A DNA stretch of 64,000 nucleotides from Eledone cirrhosa (Eukaryota). Where the stretch lies: the NCBI GenBank assembly GCA_964016885.1, contig OZ024741.1, positions 239,010,001-239,074,000 on the forward strand. Reading direction: 5' to 3'. The notes below the pieces were generated by a model. The model had not been told where the DNA came from and did not search any database. It saw only the letters and a program-made list of their open reading frames with translations. A program made the position numbers and the translations under genes. This document shows, one piece after another, positions 14,588 through 27,828 of the stretch (its first letter is position 1; each line of letters begins with the position of its first letter).

Positions 14588-15935
14588 GTATATACATATA
14601 TATATATACATGTACATATATCTTTTCCTTAGGCTATTATTGGAATCCTACAAGGAAGAATTTCTAGAGCTGTTACTGCACAATGTTGAATATTCTGCCA
14701 CTAATATACCAATTCCCAATCAGACATATTATTGCCTTTCTAAATGGCTTTTTTAGAAAAAAATATTTAGCTTTACTCATTTCACCATGTCAGTCATATT
14801 TTAGCAGTCTATATATAACTTTATTGGTGGCAAATTGACTGAGTCATTAAAATGTCAGAATGCTTTGCAGTATTCATTCTAGATTTCTATGCTCCAAGTT
14901 CAAATCCCATCAAGGTTCAGATCTGGAGAAAGGATGGGTTCTGCCTGGTTTAAAATACCCAAGGCATATTGTATGTTATGACAGTGCTCCTACAATTTTA
15001 TCAGGAATTACAGGTCCTTACAATATTCCAAGTATATTAATTCAGTATGATCAAATGGTTAAGAAGTTTGTTTCACTATAATGAGTTTCTGCATTAGGTT
15101 CCATTGAGTGACTTCTCAGGCAAATGTCATTTACCATAATCCCTAGTCAAACCAAACCTTGTCACTGAAATTGTGTAGATGGAAATTATTTGGAAGCTTA
15201 CCAAATTCATGGATCAGTTATGTCACACACTACGATGGTGAATCTCCCATGAGAATTACGTTAAAGATACACGTGACTGTGGAATACTCGATTAATTAAT
15301 TGAATGTGTAGGCCATTCTGCAGACTGAACACTTTTCACTGAAATCAATAGAAAACCACTTTTTTTTATAAATCTCTAAATATCCCTATAACAATGATCT
15401 TCGTTACAAACATTTAACGATCAACATTCACATAGATTATACTCCAATAATAACTTGTTCAATTATCACTTTCTACTATTAGTGCTTATTTTTTGGCTTT
15501 TCTTTATAATTTCTTTTTTAAACTTAAAACTTTTATTCTATCCAATAAAGAAACATTACTATATTCTAAAGTAAAATTGATTGTAATCTAAAATATTATA
15601 TTTTCCAAAGAATATTTTGATGCATTATAGCTTCTAAACTTATATATAAATATTTTTTTAAATATATTAATAAATTTGGGCATTTCAGGTTTTAAAAAAT
15701 CCATTTTAGTACATTTTAGTATTAATGATGGCTAAAATGTGATTATTTCATCGCCTTTACCGTTTGTTGCAATAAGACATTTTGTTGTTTATAGATTAAA
15801 CAAATTGCTTTCTTGTTTTGTTTGTTTTTAATGTGTTTAGTCTAGAGGTTATATTAGCATATTCTTTTATATTAATTTCATTTTTTCTAAGGATTTCAAA
15901 GAAATCTACTTCATATTTTATTCTTATATCTACTG

Positions 15936-15976
<41 letters not shown>

Positions 15977-16482
15977 CATTAGTATTATTGCTGCTGTTGT
16001 TGTTGTTGTTGGTGTTGCTTTTGTTGTTGTTGTTACTTACGCTTGGATATGTATGTCTCTATGTATTAATGTATATCTATGTATCTATGTATGTATGGTT
16101 GTATATTGGTATGTGTGTCAGTCTGTATGTATTTATGTATTTGTTGGTGTGTTTATAACCATAGAAAGACATTAAACAAAACAAAACAAAACAAATAAAA
16201 TTCCACTATTTTCACTGAAAGCTGTAAATTTATTAAGTAGAAACAATTGTATCAATAGCAGGCAATGTAATATAAGTGGTATTGAAACATTAAGTTTAGT
16301 CTTGAATTAAAGAAATGTTTGTCTATCTTCTACTTGTCAATAGTTTCAATTATGTTACCAGACACATTTTATTGCTACCTTTATTTCACTTTGAGATTGG
16401 TAATGTTAGCAAGTTTAAAGAATTATTTCAAGCAATTTGTTTCCAATTAATTTCTGTTTGGTTTGGTTTTAATATATATATA

Positions 16483-16521
<39 letters not shown>

Positions 16522-18232
16522 ATAATAATAAATGCGAAATTTATACAATTCATTTAAATGCAAAGCATCAGATGTCAAACATTCTGTTGATAATGTGAAC
16601 TTGCTTGTAGCAAATTTAGGAGATGAGGTGTCACCTTGATTAACAAGGTTATAGTGGAGAATATAAGCTGTTGATAACAACTACTAGACAGAAGTTCCAC
16701 TATATCCCTGTTACAAAAATGATTATCTCTGGACAGTAGTATATATACTATGGCATAATGAATGTGCTGCTACACTGAAAGATGTTGAAATAATGTGATT
16801 GGGAAAATATTAGACAATTCCTATTACAGTACATCATGTAACAATGAAGTTTATCAGTGATATTTTATATTAGTTTTCCCCTCACTCAATCAGATGATTT
16901 TGTTTGATTTACACACCCCACCCAAACCCTGGTCTGCCCTGTCCACAATCAATTCTGCCACTTCAATTTCTCTTGGCTTAAATTACATACTACTTTTACA
17001 TCTTCCTACATGTTGCTTGATATTATCAACACATTTAACTTGTTCAATTATTTCACATTTTCTCTTTCACTTTTATTTCTCTGTCTGTCTTTCTCTTGGA
17101 GAACATTTCTCACTGTTAGTTCTCAACCTTCAACAAACATATTATATTATCACTGGGGAAAAATCATAAACGTTGCACACCCACAGGCATAAGCATATCT
17201 GGATGAATAATGAATTTACTTTGCAACCATTTCATTCCAGGTTTAGTTCCACTGCACACCATCTTAGGCAAGTTTCTTCTACTCATGGCTGACCAATGTC
17301 TTGTGAGTGAAATTTGATAGATGAAAAATGTGCAGAAACTTTGTGTGTGCATACATACACTTTTAATAACAGACAGATCATGAGGGTTCACATAATCTAA
17401 GTGTAGTATTTCTATTTCTTGATTTAATCTGCAACATGGACTACTTATTGTAAAATTAACATCCATGTCTTCCTTTACACAGAACATTGAATATAGAAAG
17501 ATAAAAATATCCATAAAATTCACATTAGTAGATGGTCTTTGTTATTAAGGTGGCCTAGTTTATACTGGAGGGAGTTATTGTAATGGTATAATAAGAAGAG
17601 ATGGAAATATTTAAAGAACTATTACTTCTATCGCTAACAAAGAGTTTCTCTCTATCTGAATATCTCTACCTCTCTCTCTATCTCTCTCTCTCTATTTCTC
17701 CCCACTCTCTTTCTCTGTATTTAGTGAAAACTGTAAGAGGTATGTGTCTGAAGTGTAAAGTTTCATAGTTAGTGCTGCAACATGACCACTGTATGTGGAA
17801 CTTACGTAAATCCTAGGGACAAATGACTATATTCCATTATATGTTGCAGCACCAATTTATATATGAAATGTTGGCTGTGAGGGATTGAGAAAGCATATTA
17901 AAATGATTGGTCAATATATGAAATAGAATTGATTGACTGCACTGGCTTAGACACATCATGTGAATAAATAACTGATTCATGCTCAATGAAAGAATGACAA
18001 CGATGATGAGATAAGATCTCAAGATACTGGGCTTCACAGGGGAGATAGCACAGAAGAGTGATAATATGCTATACTGTGGACCACTCCAATTCCTTCCTAT
18101 ATAGAAAATGATGCTAAAATGATGATGGTAATGCTATGGAAGATGGTGATGATTGTGATATATTTGAGAAAATATGGTGTGTTTGTGTGCGAATATATAT
18201 ATAAGTATAGCTATATATATATATATATAATT

Positions 18233-19750
18233 TCGAAAGCACCCGCCTACCGAAACACAGCTTTATCTAGATTTTGCAAATTGTGTGTTGAGGAAATTTT
18301 CTTCATACTTAAATGTAAGAACTCTATTAATGTACGGACGAATTTATTTAGTTCTTGTAGACATCGCCTAAATTCAACGTTTAGAACTATATATAAATTA
18401 TAATTACACTTATAATATTTCCACTCTGTTTTAATATATTGTTATCTCTAAATCATATCTATAATATTTGATATAATTTCACTTCTTAAAGTTTCTTAAA
18501 ATATATACATATATGATCCTAATTTTTAAATTTTAATTTTTAATTTTAATTTTAATATTAATATATTTTTTAATTCTTTATTTTTATTTTTTATTTCTTA
18601 AAATTTTTCATATATTTAAAAATTACTTATTTTTTTTAAATTACTTATTTTTTTAAAAATTACTTATCTCTTATAAATTATTTTTTTTTTTAATTTTTCC
18701 AGAATTTTTAATATTTTTTAATAAAATTTTTTAATATCTTTTATTAGATTTATAACCACTAACTAATTCAGGCTAAATATATCTTTCAACATTTATATCT
18801 TTAACATTTATACTTATTTTGACAAAATAGTCTCATACTAACGAATAAATAAACAAAACTGGAGTTTTTTCCGTATCTTCCCATTTTAAAATATATAAAT
18901 ATAAATATTCTTATTAACTCAGTTAACTTAATTTAATTTAACTTAATATTTACTTAAATTAAATATAAACCAATATCCCTCATAACTCATTAAAACAATT
19001 ATCTATAACACGATATACCCATTTATCCATTTATTTATCTATTTATTTATTGATTTATTTTCTATTTATTTTTTCTATTTATTTTCTATTTATTTTTCTA
19101 TTTATTTTTCTATCTATTTTTCTATCTATTTATTTTTCTATCTATTTTTCTATTTTTCTATTTTTCTATCTATTTTACTATCTACTTATAACAGTAAATA
19201 TTATATTAGAAAAGAATTTTAACAACTAATTAATCGTAAATACACGTACCATTAGTAGATATATACTTAAAATATATTCCCCTAAATTGACGTTACATGA
19301 GTTCTATTCATCCTCTTGTTAATTTCTTCTCTCTATCTCTCTCGTAATTTTTTTATTTTTTCTCTCTCTCTTTTTTCTCTCTTTCTCCAGTGTCATTTAA
19401 ATAAACGGTTGTTTTTCAATTATTTACATATTCATTTGCATATTCACACATAAGTTTGAATAATCCCTAATATATTTCCACTATCCAGTGAATTTCCAAC
19501 CGATAAGGTATGATTTTCATGGGTATGTCTCTATTTATAAAACAAACTTTGTATTTTATCTAATGAAAACGTACCAATGTTGTCTTGGTTGCCCTTGAAA
19601 TATATATAATAAAATAAATATGGTTTTATAAATATAGTTTCCATTTATTTAATATCATTGAATATTTACTCCAGTAAACTGTTGAGTGCTCTAAATCAGT
19701 TATAAACATTTATGTTTGTCGGACTTCCAACAAATTAAATACAACTTCTA

Positions 19751-19753
<3 letters not shown>
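18233..19753 (+). mobile_element. Penelope-like element 3' end (GIY-YIG C-terminus, AT-rich UTR, HHR) flanked by (TA)n
   Basis: KAPAY...FCKLCVEEIFFILKCKNSINVRTNLFSSCRH fits the PLE CxxC..E...I....N.R......CRH terminus. Confidence 0.8.
19552..19616 (+). ncRNA. Decayed type-I hammerhead ribozyme
   Basis: TATTTTAT-CTAATGA(mutated core)-stem II-GAAA-TATATATA-ATAAAATA, with an 8-bp stem I. Confidence 0.7.
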
Positions 19754-19823
<70 letters not shown>

Positions 19824-20090
19824 TAAGTAATATTAAATATTACCCAGTTACAAGTATGAATATAGCTTGATGTAAAATAACAAGTATAATATAGAGCCGA
19901 AATACAATGTAAATAATAATCAACGAGTGTTTCATTTTTCAAACATTTAATAACTAACGATCATTTCATCTGATTCCTGCCATGTGCTAGGATGAAATGA
20001 TCGTTAGTTATTAAATGTTTGATAAATTAAACAACTCTTTCATTACCATTTACATTGAGTGTATATATATATACACATATATCATCATCA

Positions 20091-20400
20091 TCATCATCAT
20101 CATCGTTTAACGTCCATGTTCCACGCTTGCATGGGTTTGGACGGGAGTTTTCCCACTGTAGGCAAGAGTGGTTGTCTTGCTCGCTTAGGACTGTCTGGCG
20201 GGTTTTCTACAGCTGGATGCCCTTCCTAACACCAACCACATTTACAGTGTGGACTGGGAGGTTTTTACCGTGTTGCCTACACGGCCACATTACAGCGTGG
20301 ACTGTGTGGTTTTTTTTGTCGTGACACCTACACGATCTCATTTGTTTCGGCCTGGATGTTGTGGCACCAACATAACTTTACATTGAAAGGGGCAGTGTGG
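20091..20400 (-). mobile_element. SINE related to family 1, 3' part
   Basis: (CAT)n tail followed by ttctacagctggatgcccttcctaacaccaacc. Confidence 0.7.
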
Positions 20401-20519
20401 ATGTATATATGATTATTAGCAACAGTAATGCAATGGAGTTGATTTAATTGACTTTCCCCTCTCCTTCAAATTGCTGGCCTCGTGCCTAAAGTAGAAACAA
20501 TTATTATTATTTTTTATTA

Positions 20520-21345
20520 AAACCAGTACTAAAATAAAGGTAAAACAGGAACATGTGTTTAACTACCTGGACCAACTTTTCAACATGTTCTGGGGAAAAG
20601 ATTCGGAAGTAATTTATATAAAGGAGGAGTATAGGAAAGTGACCAAAAGGGGGATAATGTATAGGGATGGAAGAAAAATATAGAAAGTAATTTTTTTTAA
20701 ATCCAACTTAGTGGAGAAAACCCTTCCAGTTAGAAAGGTCCTGAAAGCTAAGGAATAAATAAATTACAGAGTTAAATGCTATGTAGGTTAAAACAATAAA
20801 TTACGCAGGTGGGAAAGAAGTGGTGGTAAGAAGTGGTAAGAAACTTTTAATTTCTTACACTCTAAGGGGCCAGGTCATGAATCCTGAGCACCCTTCTGCT
20901 GACATTTAGCCATTCGGATATCGGAAACTTGCTGAGTATTGAAACCATATGGAGATTTTGTTGACAGGATCTAGCTGGAACTCCTCTCTGTTGCCTCTGC
21001 TTTCAAACTTATATTCATAGGGCTAAAGTTAAGGTATAGAAGAATACCTTTTTAAAGTTAGTTGCTTTGGAGGCCAGTTCTTTAAAAGGTATTTCATGGT
21101 GTGTGTGGACAGCAAGACAAGAAATCTAGGTGGGTGTTTAAAGATATATTGTTGGTGTAAATATTATTAAGTATCCACCACCTCTCACCATTGCATAATC
21201 TGCAAACTTTGATCCCATTTATATATGGTCGAGATTGTTCAAGTGTCTTCTATTTAACAGTTTCTGTTCATGTCCTTGAGTTGTCAGATTTTGTTCACCA
21301 AATTAGTGATATTACTTTTATTTGGGTATCTGAAAGTCATTTCAT
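20520..21345 (-). mobile_element. Penelope-like element 3' segment (GIY-YIG C-terminus plus UTR)
   Basis: Minus-strand translation MTFRYPNK...RPYINGIKVCRLCNGERWWIL...LNTHLDFLSCCPH. The left boundary is approximate. Confidence 0.75.
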
Positions 21346-21652
21346 AATTTAGGAAACAGTTTTTAAAATGACTCTCCGGCATGTTTACATATGTCCAGTA
21401 AGGCACTTAAAATTTGATATTCCTATGTCAGAAACATGAAACGACGCCTTTGAAATAAACACCAGAGCCCCCAAACATATGGCTGTTCAAGTAGAAATCC
21501 AGAGTTATTTCCACTAAATCAACATTGCAACACCCCAGTGATAATATATGAAGCTGAAGTCTCTTCATTGAATCAACATAATCGAAATGAGACCTGGGCA
21601 TATGCAGCCATGTTGGAGAGTTATTTTAAAAAATCATTTCCTAAATCATGAA
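21346..21652 (+). mobile_element. Inverted upstream segment of the same Penelope-like element (linker plus GIY-YIG N-terminus)
   Basis: Translates to LKI*YSYVRNMK, GCSSRNPELFPLNQHCNTPVIIYEAEV and YAAMLESYFKK. These resemble PLE YSCMPNM, CNCR...CPL...C....IY.A.V and YIG.TE..FK. Confidence 0.75.
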
Positions 21653-21725
21653 CTAGGGTTCCCTGTCTTTTTGTGGGCTAACTATGTTCTCAGGCACCAA
21701 ACTGAGTATTTCCATGGCCCCACTC

Positions 21726-21756
<31 letters not shown>

Positions 21757-23446
21757 TATATATATATACATCCATACATACATTTGAACACAAATAAAAC
21801 TCTCTATCAATTACTAGATCCTATCTTATTAATTTGAACATGTCTACCTCTCACCTGCGACTTAACATCTCATAATATCGAATTAAAAAAGAAAATTCTT
21901 CCCTGCTGTTTCTTTTGACGTTTTCATATATTATTTAACTGTTGGCAACTTGACACCTAACTAACCTTGTTGCATATATTTATTTTTATGTGTGTTTTCA
22001 TTGATGTATATATAAATGCTTGCCTGTATTTGTATGCGTGTGTATGAGTACATGGCAATCATGCTCTCCCATGCAGTCATTTTCGCAGTCATTTTTTGTT
22101 TTTGTTATCTTACATATAAAGTAATTAATTAGTTAGAGACACCATCTGCATTAAAAACAATTGTTAAGTTTGTGTTAATATAATTAATATAGTGAATATC
22201 AGAAACTTATTTTGAATTACTTATGCAGTGAAAAACTGATAATATTATCTCAAAATATTAATACTATTTTAATTATTTCAGTAAATTTGAAAGATTATTA
22301 AGGACATATTTCAGTCTTATTAGACCTCCTCAGAGAACCATTGATTTCCCTATACTTGTGGTTGTAGGAATTAGAGAAAGTAATTAACCTCAGTGCTTTT
22401 TATATTTGAAGAATATGTATAGTTTCTTTGTTTTCTTAACAAATATTCAAGAAATTTGCTAGAACCATTATACCCAAAGTAACATTGGAAAATATATTTA
22501 AAACAGTGTTCATTAAACTATTCAACCGAATACTTGTGTAACTAGTTTTTACTGTCATAGTCAGGGGGAGATAGGCACTGCTCATGATTCCTTTAAGGGT
22601 CTCTGAGGCTGATGGGAGAGAAAGAAAAAGGTATTCTGAAGCACTGGGTGTTTTAGCTTCGAGCTCAGAGAGACATAACAAATACCACAATTAATTCATA
22701 CTATGCTTTGTGACTCTGCCTTCTACTGTGATAGGTTGACAAATATTTCAAATTAAAACTATGACAATATTCATCATTATCGTCATTTTTACATCCAGTT
22801 TTCCATGCTGGTATGGGTTAGATGAGATGTTTTGAGGCAAAATAATGTAGACAGTTGCCTTTCTGGGCACAAACCCTCACTTATGTTTTTGTATCTTTTT
22901 AAAAGTAATTTATGGGTTTTCATGCATGTAACCAGTGAGCTGTGCAACTTCTGTTTGTGTGAGATATAAACAAACTTCACTGCCCATGATCTCAAAACTC
23001 AAGCAGTGAGACAAAGACAAACACATGCACATCCATTATGACAAGCTTTGTACAATTTCCCATCTACTAATCTCACTCATGAGGCATTAGTCAACCCAAG
23101 GCATTAGTAGAAGAGATTTTGTCCAATGCACACATACAAATACACTTGTGTGTATGTGTTTATATATATATATAATAAAGTTATATCTGTATATATACAG
23201 AGTGAGTAACTAGGACTGTACCAATGTGAACAATATCCATCAACCAATTTTACTTACAAGGCAAATGTCAGCCTAAGGCTGCAGTAGAAAACAATTGCCC
23301 AAGGCATCACACAGTGGGATAGAAACCAAAAGCATGTGGCGGCAAAGCAAATTTCGTAACAAAACCACCATTACAGCCATGCTTGCACCTATATTATTAA
23401 ATATTTGTCTTCTCTATCAAAATAATATTAACTGTATATTACACAT

Positions 23447-23560
23447 GAGTTCGAATCCTGCCGAGGTTAACTTTGCCTTTCATCCTTACGGGGTCGATAA
23501 AATAAAGTACCAGTAATGTACTGGGTAATTGCTGGCCTTGTGCCTAAAATAGAAACAATT
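23447..23560 (+). mobile_element. 5'-truncated SINE family 2 with ~21-bp target-site duplication
   Basis: ttaactgtatattacacatga is present on both sides. Confidence 0.85.
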
Positions 23561-25244
23561 AACTGTATATTACACATGATTTTACCTGTGTTGTATAAAA
23601 TATTGTGTCTCTCATCATGCATGTTGTGAATGTTATATTACTCAACCAATGTTCTTAACATAGTAATCATCACCTTAACCAAATCAGTTTTATTGACTAT
23701 TAATATTTATTGATTGATTCAGTGACATTAGTGATTGTAAATTTATAAGACTAAGAACCCATAGATTATTGATTCAAAATTGTAACTAAGTAACATGTAC
23801 CTCACAGAAAATGATAGTTAAAGAAACAATATAAGAGTAATTCCAGATTAGGATGAGACTTGATCTCTTAATCCCTAACTTTGCTGCTGATGATGAAATA
23901 TCCAAGTTCAAAGAAAACCATCATAGAAGTTTGTCTTATGTGAAGAAAAAGATTAAAATGAAAGTAGGATGTAAGTTTTTATGAATGATTGAATTATAGA
24001 TTGTCCTTAAATTTGAGTTTACCAGTTCCAGCTAACCTTTGAAGTGATTTGGAAACAAGCCATATCAAATATAATTGACAAAGAAGCAATATTTTGAAAA
24101 GGATGTAAGACTTACTCGAAAACTGCAGAATTTCTTTGACTTTTAGATAGTTAATGAAAATGCAATTTGCAGAATTTACAAAGTTTTTAGACAGACAACA
24201 AAAACGCAATTTGTTGAAAGAAACATGGAGTGATGTAGGGAGTCATCCTCGTCATTATCATCACCACTGATTAAGTTATGTTTCTCATTCTTGCATGGGT
24301 TAGACAGACTGCCACATTTTAAAGTCAGACTGGTCACGTTACCACATCTGGCTCATATGCTCCATTTTTTGGCTTGGTTTTCTATGGCTAGATGTTCTTC
24401 CTAATGTCAAACACATGACAGCATGTCCTGGCACCAGTAGTACCAACTTACATGGTTGACTAGGTGCTTGCTGTCATGGCACCAGTGTGAACACCTTGCA
24501 GGATCGACTGGGTGCTTTTCTTGTGGAACCAGCACTACCAACTTACAAATGTGAAATATGGGCTTACTTCCTTTTGTTGTCACACCAGTATGACCACTTT
24601 ACATGGTTTACTGGATGCTTTTTGTCATGGCACCAGAACAATCCTCTTACAGGGTGGACAGGGTGCTTTTTCTGTTGCACTAGCAAAATACCCAGTCCAT
24701 TTTTACAGAGTGGAATGGGTATTTTATCATGTTATCAATTGTACCTCATTACAACATTTGAATGTTCACTGTGTCTTTGGTCCAACAGAGGAAACAATGA
24801 CAAAAATAAGATGAGAGGCCAAGCATCAGGCTACATATTGCTTGGGGTTTCATCCTTCTGTGGCAAAGCAAGCTACATGACATGGGGTGGTTTGAAGACA
24901 ATGAGTGGTGCTTGGAAGTATCTTGTGGAATGTGCCTGGCTTTCCATGTACACATGGTTTGGACAGAACAGGTGCACTAGGGATGCAGCAGGGAGAGGGG
25001 GTGGGGTATTCACATAAATGTTGCAGAACTAAAAATTAGAGGTCTCCGTCTTCTTCATTGATGAACCATGGTGTATAAAAACATGCGTTCATATCTGCTG
25101 GCATGACTGTGTTTAAGGAGTTGGCTTCAGCTTCAATCACACTGTGCAGAAGTACCTTGCATATATGCGTGTGTCTATGTATATATATATATATGATATA
25201 TATATATATATATGATATATATATATGATATATATATATGACAT

Positions 25245-25594
25245 GGAGGCACATGGCTTAGTGGTTAGAGCATTGGCCCTGCAATCGAAAGGTTGTGAGT
25301 TCAATTCTCAGATCGGGTGATGTGTTGTTTCCTTGAGCAAGACACTTTATTTCACATTGCTCCAGTTTACTCAGCTGTAGAAATGAGATGATAGGGACTG
25401 GGGTCCCTATCATTTCACTGCAAAGTGAACGTGTAGGCGCCACGGAAATAAAGCACCCAGCACTCACTGTAAATGAGGTTGGTGTTAGGAAAGGCATCCA
25501 GCTGTAGCAATCAAGCCAGAATCAGTTCCCGTCCCACCCTTGCAATGAGGGAAAAGCGGACGTAAAAATGATGATGATGATGATGATGATGATG
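25245..25594 (+). mobile_element. SINE family 1
   Basis: Full-length copy between TA-rich tracts. Confidence 0.9.
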
Positions 25595-25667
25595 TATATA
25601 TATATGATATATATATAATGACTGAATTTTAACCATCTACTTAGTCAGGGTATGTCATGCATCATCT

Positions 25668-25734
25668 TATTTTATCTGATGAGGACGTACTGTTAAAGAT
25701 AGCTCAGTACCTCTGAAATATGTATAATAAAATA
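25668..25734 (+). ncRNA. Type-I hammerhead ribozyme, intact core
   Basis: TATTTTAT-CTGATGA-GGACGTACTG/CAGTACCTCT-GAAA-TATGTATA-ATAAAATA. Lies in a ~165-bp insert between TA tracts. Confidence 0.85.
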
Positions 25735-25796
25735 TACTTGATCACACGAATGTCTATTTTTATTAATATTTTGAATTAATATATATATATATATAT

Positions 25797-25830
<34 letters not shown>

Positions 25831-25938
25831 AAATATATACATATATATATGATATATATATACATATATATATATGATATATATATATATATATATACAT
25901 ATATATATGATATATATATATATATATACATATATATA

Positions 25939-25990
<52 letters not shown>

Positions 25991-26259
25991 ATAAATGTAT
26001 ATATGTATACACATACACACATATATATATATGATATATATATGTGTGTGTATACATGTATATATGTATATGTATACACATATATATATATATGTATATA
26101 TGTTTGTATATATAATTGGAACTATAAAGGGAGAATGTGGGATAAATAGCACTGACACAACTAATCTATAATTTCAGCCCCAAACAATAATATCTTCCAC
26201 CCCCGTCATTACTAAAGATACATCATCAATCAAAATATCTGGTTGCTAACAAAATATAT

Positions 26260-26415
26260 CGAAACGAAAGGTCTGAAAGTTTTAATCTAGACTGGCATCA
26301 ATAGAAAACTACCTTTATTTAGACATCAATATCCCAGCTTGAGCAGATAAGAAATACATCACCTTCCCACATAGAAAATCCACTAACAAGTACAATTGCA
26401 TCTATGTCAATAACA
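26260..26415 (+). mobile_element. Possible Penelope-like RT thumb remnant
   Basis: KGLKVLI*T..., YLDINI and RKSTN...IYVN resemble PLE GLKITIE..FLD...RKP...YI..N, but are frameshifted. Confidence 0.4.
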
Positions 26416-27439
26416 AATGCTTTATCTCGTAAAAACTATGAATGCTGGTTCTGCTACTGATGATGATATTGATGATGATAACAATTTTCAAACAATTCTC
26501 GTTAATATTATCAAACATAAATGTTCAGCATAAAAGTACGAAAAAATATTTCACACTATTGATATTGATATTCATACAGGCAATGCAGTGAAATATTTCA
26601 CCAAATACAGCTGCACCACATACATTTGTAGATACATGCATACATACACACACTTCTAATGTAAAGGGTAGTTGGAAGAAGGTGAGGGTGGTAGAGTAGA
26701 AAAGTATTCTATTGTTCCTACTAAAAAGTAAATGTAGCCAAAGCATAGAAAGATTGCATAAAATGTTCACTGAGATGTAACAATAGAGAAGATAAACATA
26801 AGTTGATGTTGCATTAAAACAAAAGCAACCACCACCTCCACAACAACAACAACCACAATAACAAGCACAACAGCAAAAAGAAAAACAGCCACATTGGTAG
26901 TATAACCCAACAACAATAAGAAGATCTACAGCTACTATATCAGATGTAAAAAGGCAACAACAACAACACCGGTAACAAAATTCATCAATAGTAGCACAAT
27001 AACAATATCAGATATGTTGATGTGTTGAAAGAACAGTCTAAATAACTGAAATCCATAGATTCTCACCAATAACAGAACTTCTCTGCAATATTTTCTATTT
27101 CTCTAATCCAACTATGACAATATTTCCAGTGCAAAGTGTTAGCAATTTAAAGAATGGCTTCAAACCTTCTTCTGGACTTGATAAATAATGGTGTAAATGG
27201 CCAGATCATTGTGGATAGCTGCTCAATCCATCTATGTTACTATCCATAACACCCAGAAAGTATGAGATTTGTCACCTGGCATATCGATGTTTATTGATCC
27301 TTAACTTGATGAAAGATTTATCTGTTTTCATTCCCCTACATTCTTCCACCTCTTCGCAAGATTATCCTGACAACTTGTCTTAAAGGATCATAAATACCTT
27401 ATGTAGACATAAGCTGATATTTTTATTGTACTGTGTGTG

Positions 27440-27472
<33 letters not shown>

Positions 27473-27828
27473 CTGCATGTGTGTGTGTGTGTGCATGTGT
27501 GAGTGTATTATTTGTGTGTTGGGTGCATATGCATCATATGTATGTGAATATATGTGCAGGGTGTATGTGTGTGCATGAGGGGTGCCTGTTGTGTGTATAT
27601 GTGCCATGTATGTACTGTGTGTGCCATATATGTATGTGCGTGTGTGTGTGTAGATGCATTTAAGAGTGTGTGTATGTGTGTATGAAACCACATACTCTCC
27701 TTCTTCAACTACTATACATATTTGCTGGTCCACTCCCCACCATGTGACAAGTACATTCAAACTGGGGGAAACTCAGAAAACTGGATCTAACCTTTTATAT
27801 GACTGGATAAAGGTTGATATAAGATTAG

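Noticed and set aside
20845-20885. Hammerhead in the UTR of the inverted Penelope fragment
   Set aside because: The core reads TTCATGA and the stems do not pair convincingly.
23847-23970. Possible exon (IRMRLDLLIPNF...) ending at gtaagt
   Set aside because: The acceptor is weak and it lies on the opposite strand to the supported exon. The minus-strand alternative has stops in all frames.
24860-25150. LINE APE endonuclease remnant (YTWFGQNR...RGGGV)
   Set aside because: A single short motif, too decayed to assign.
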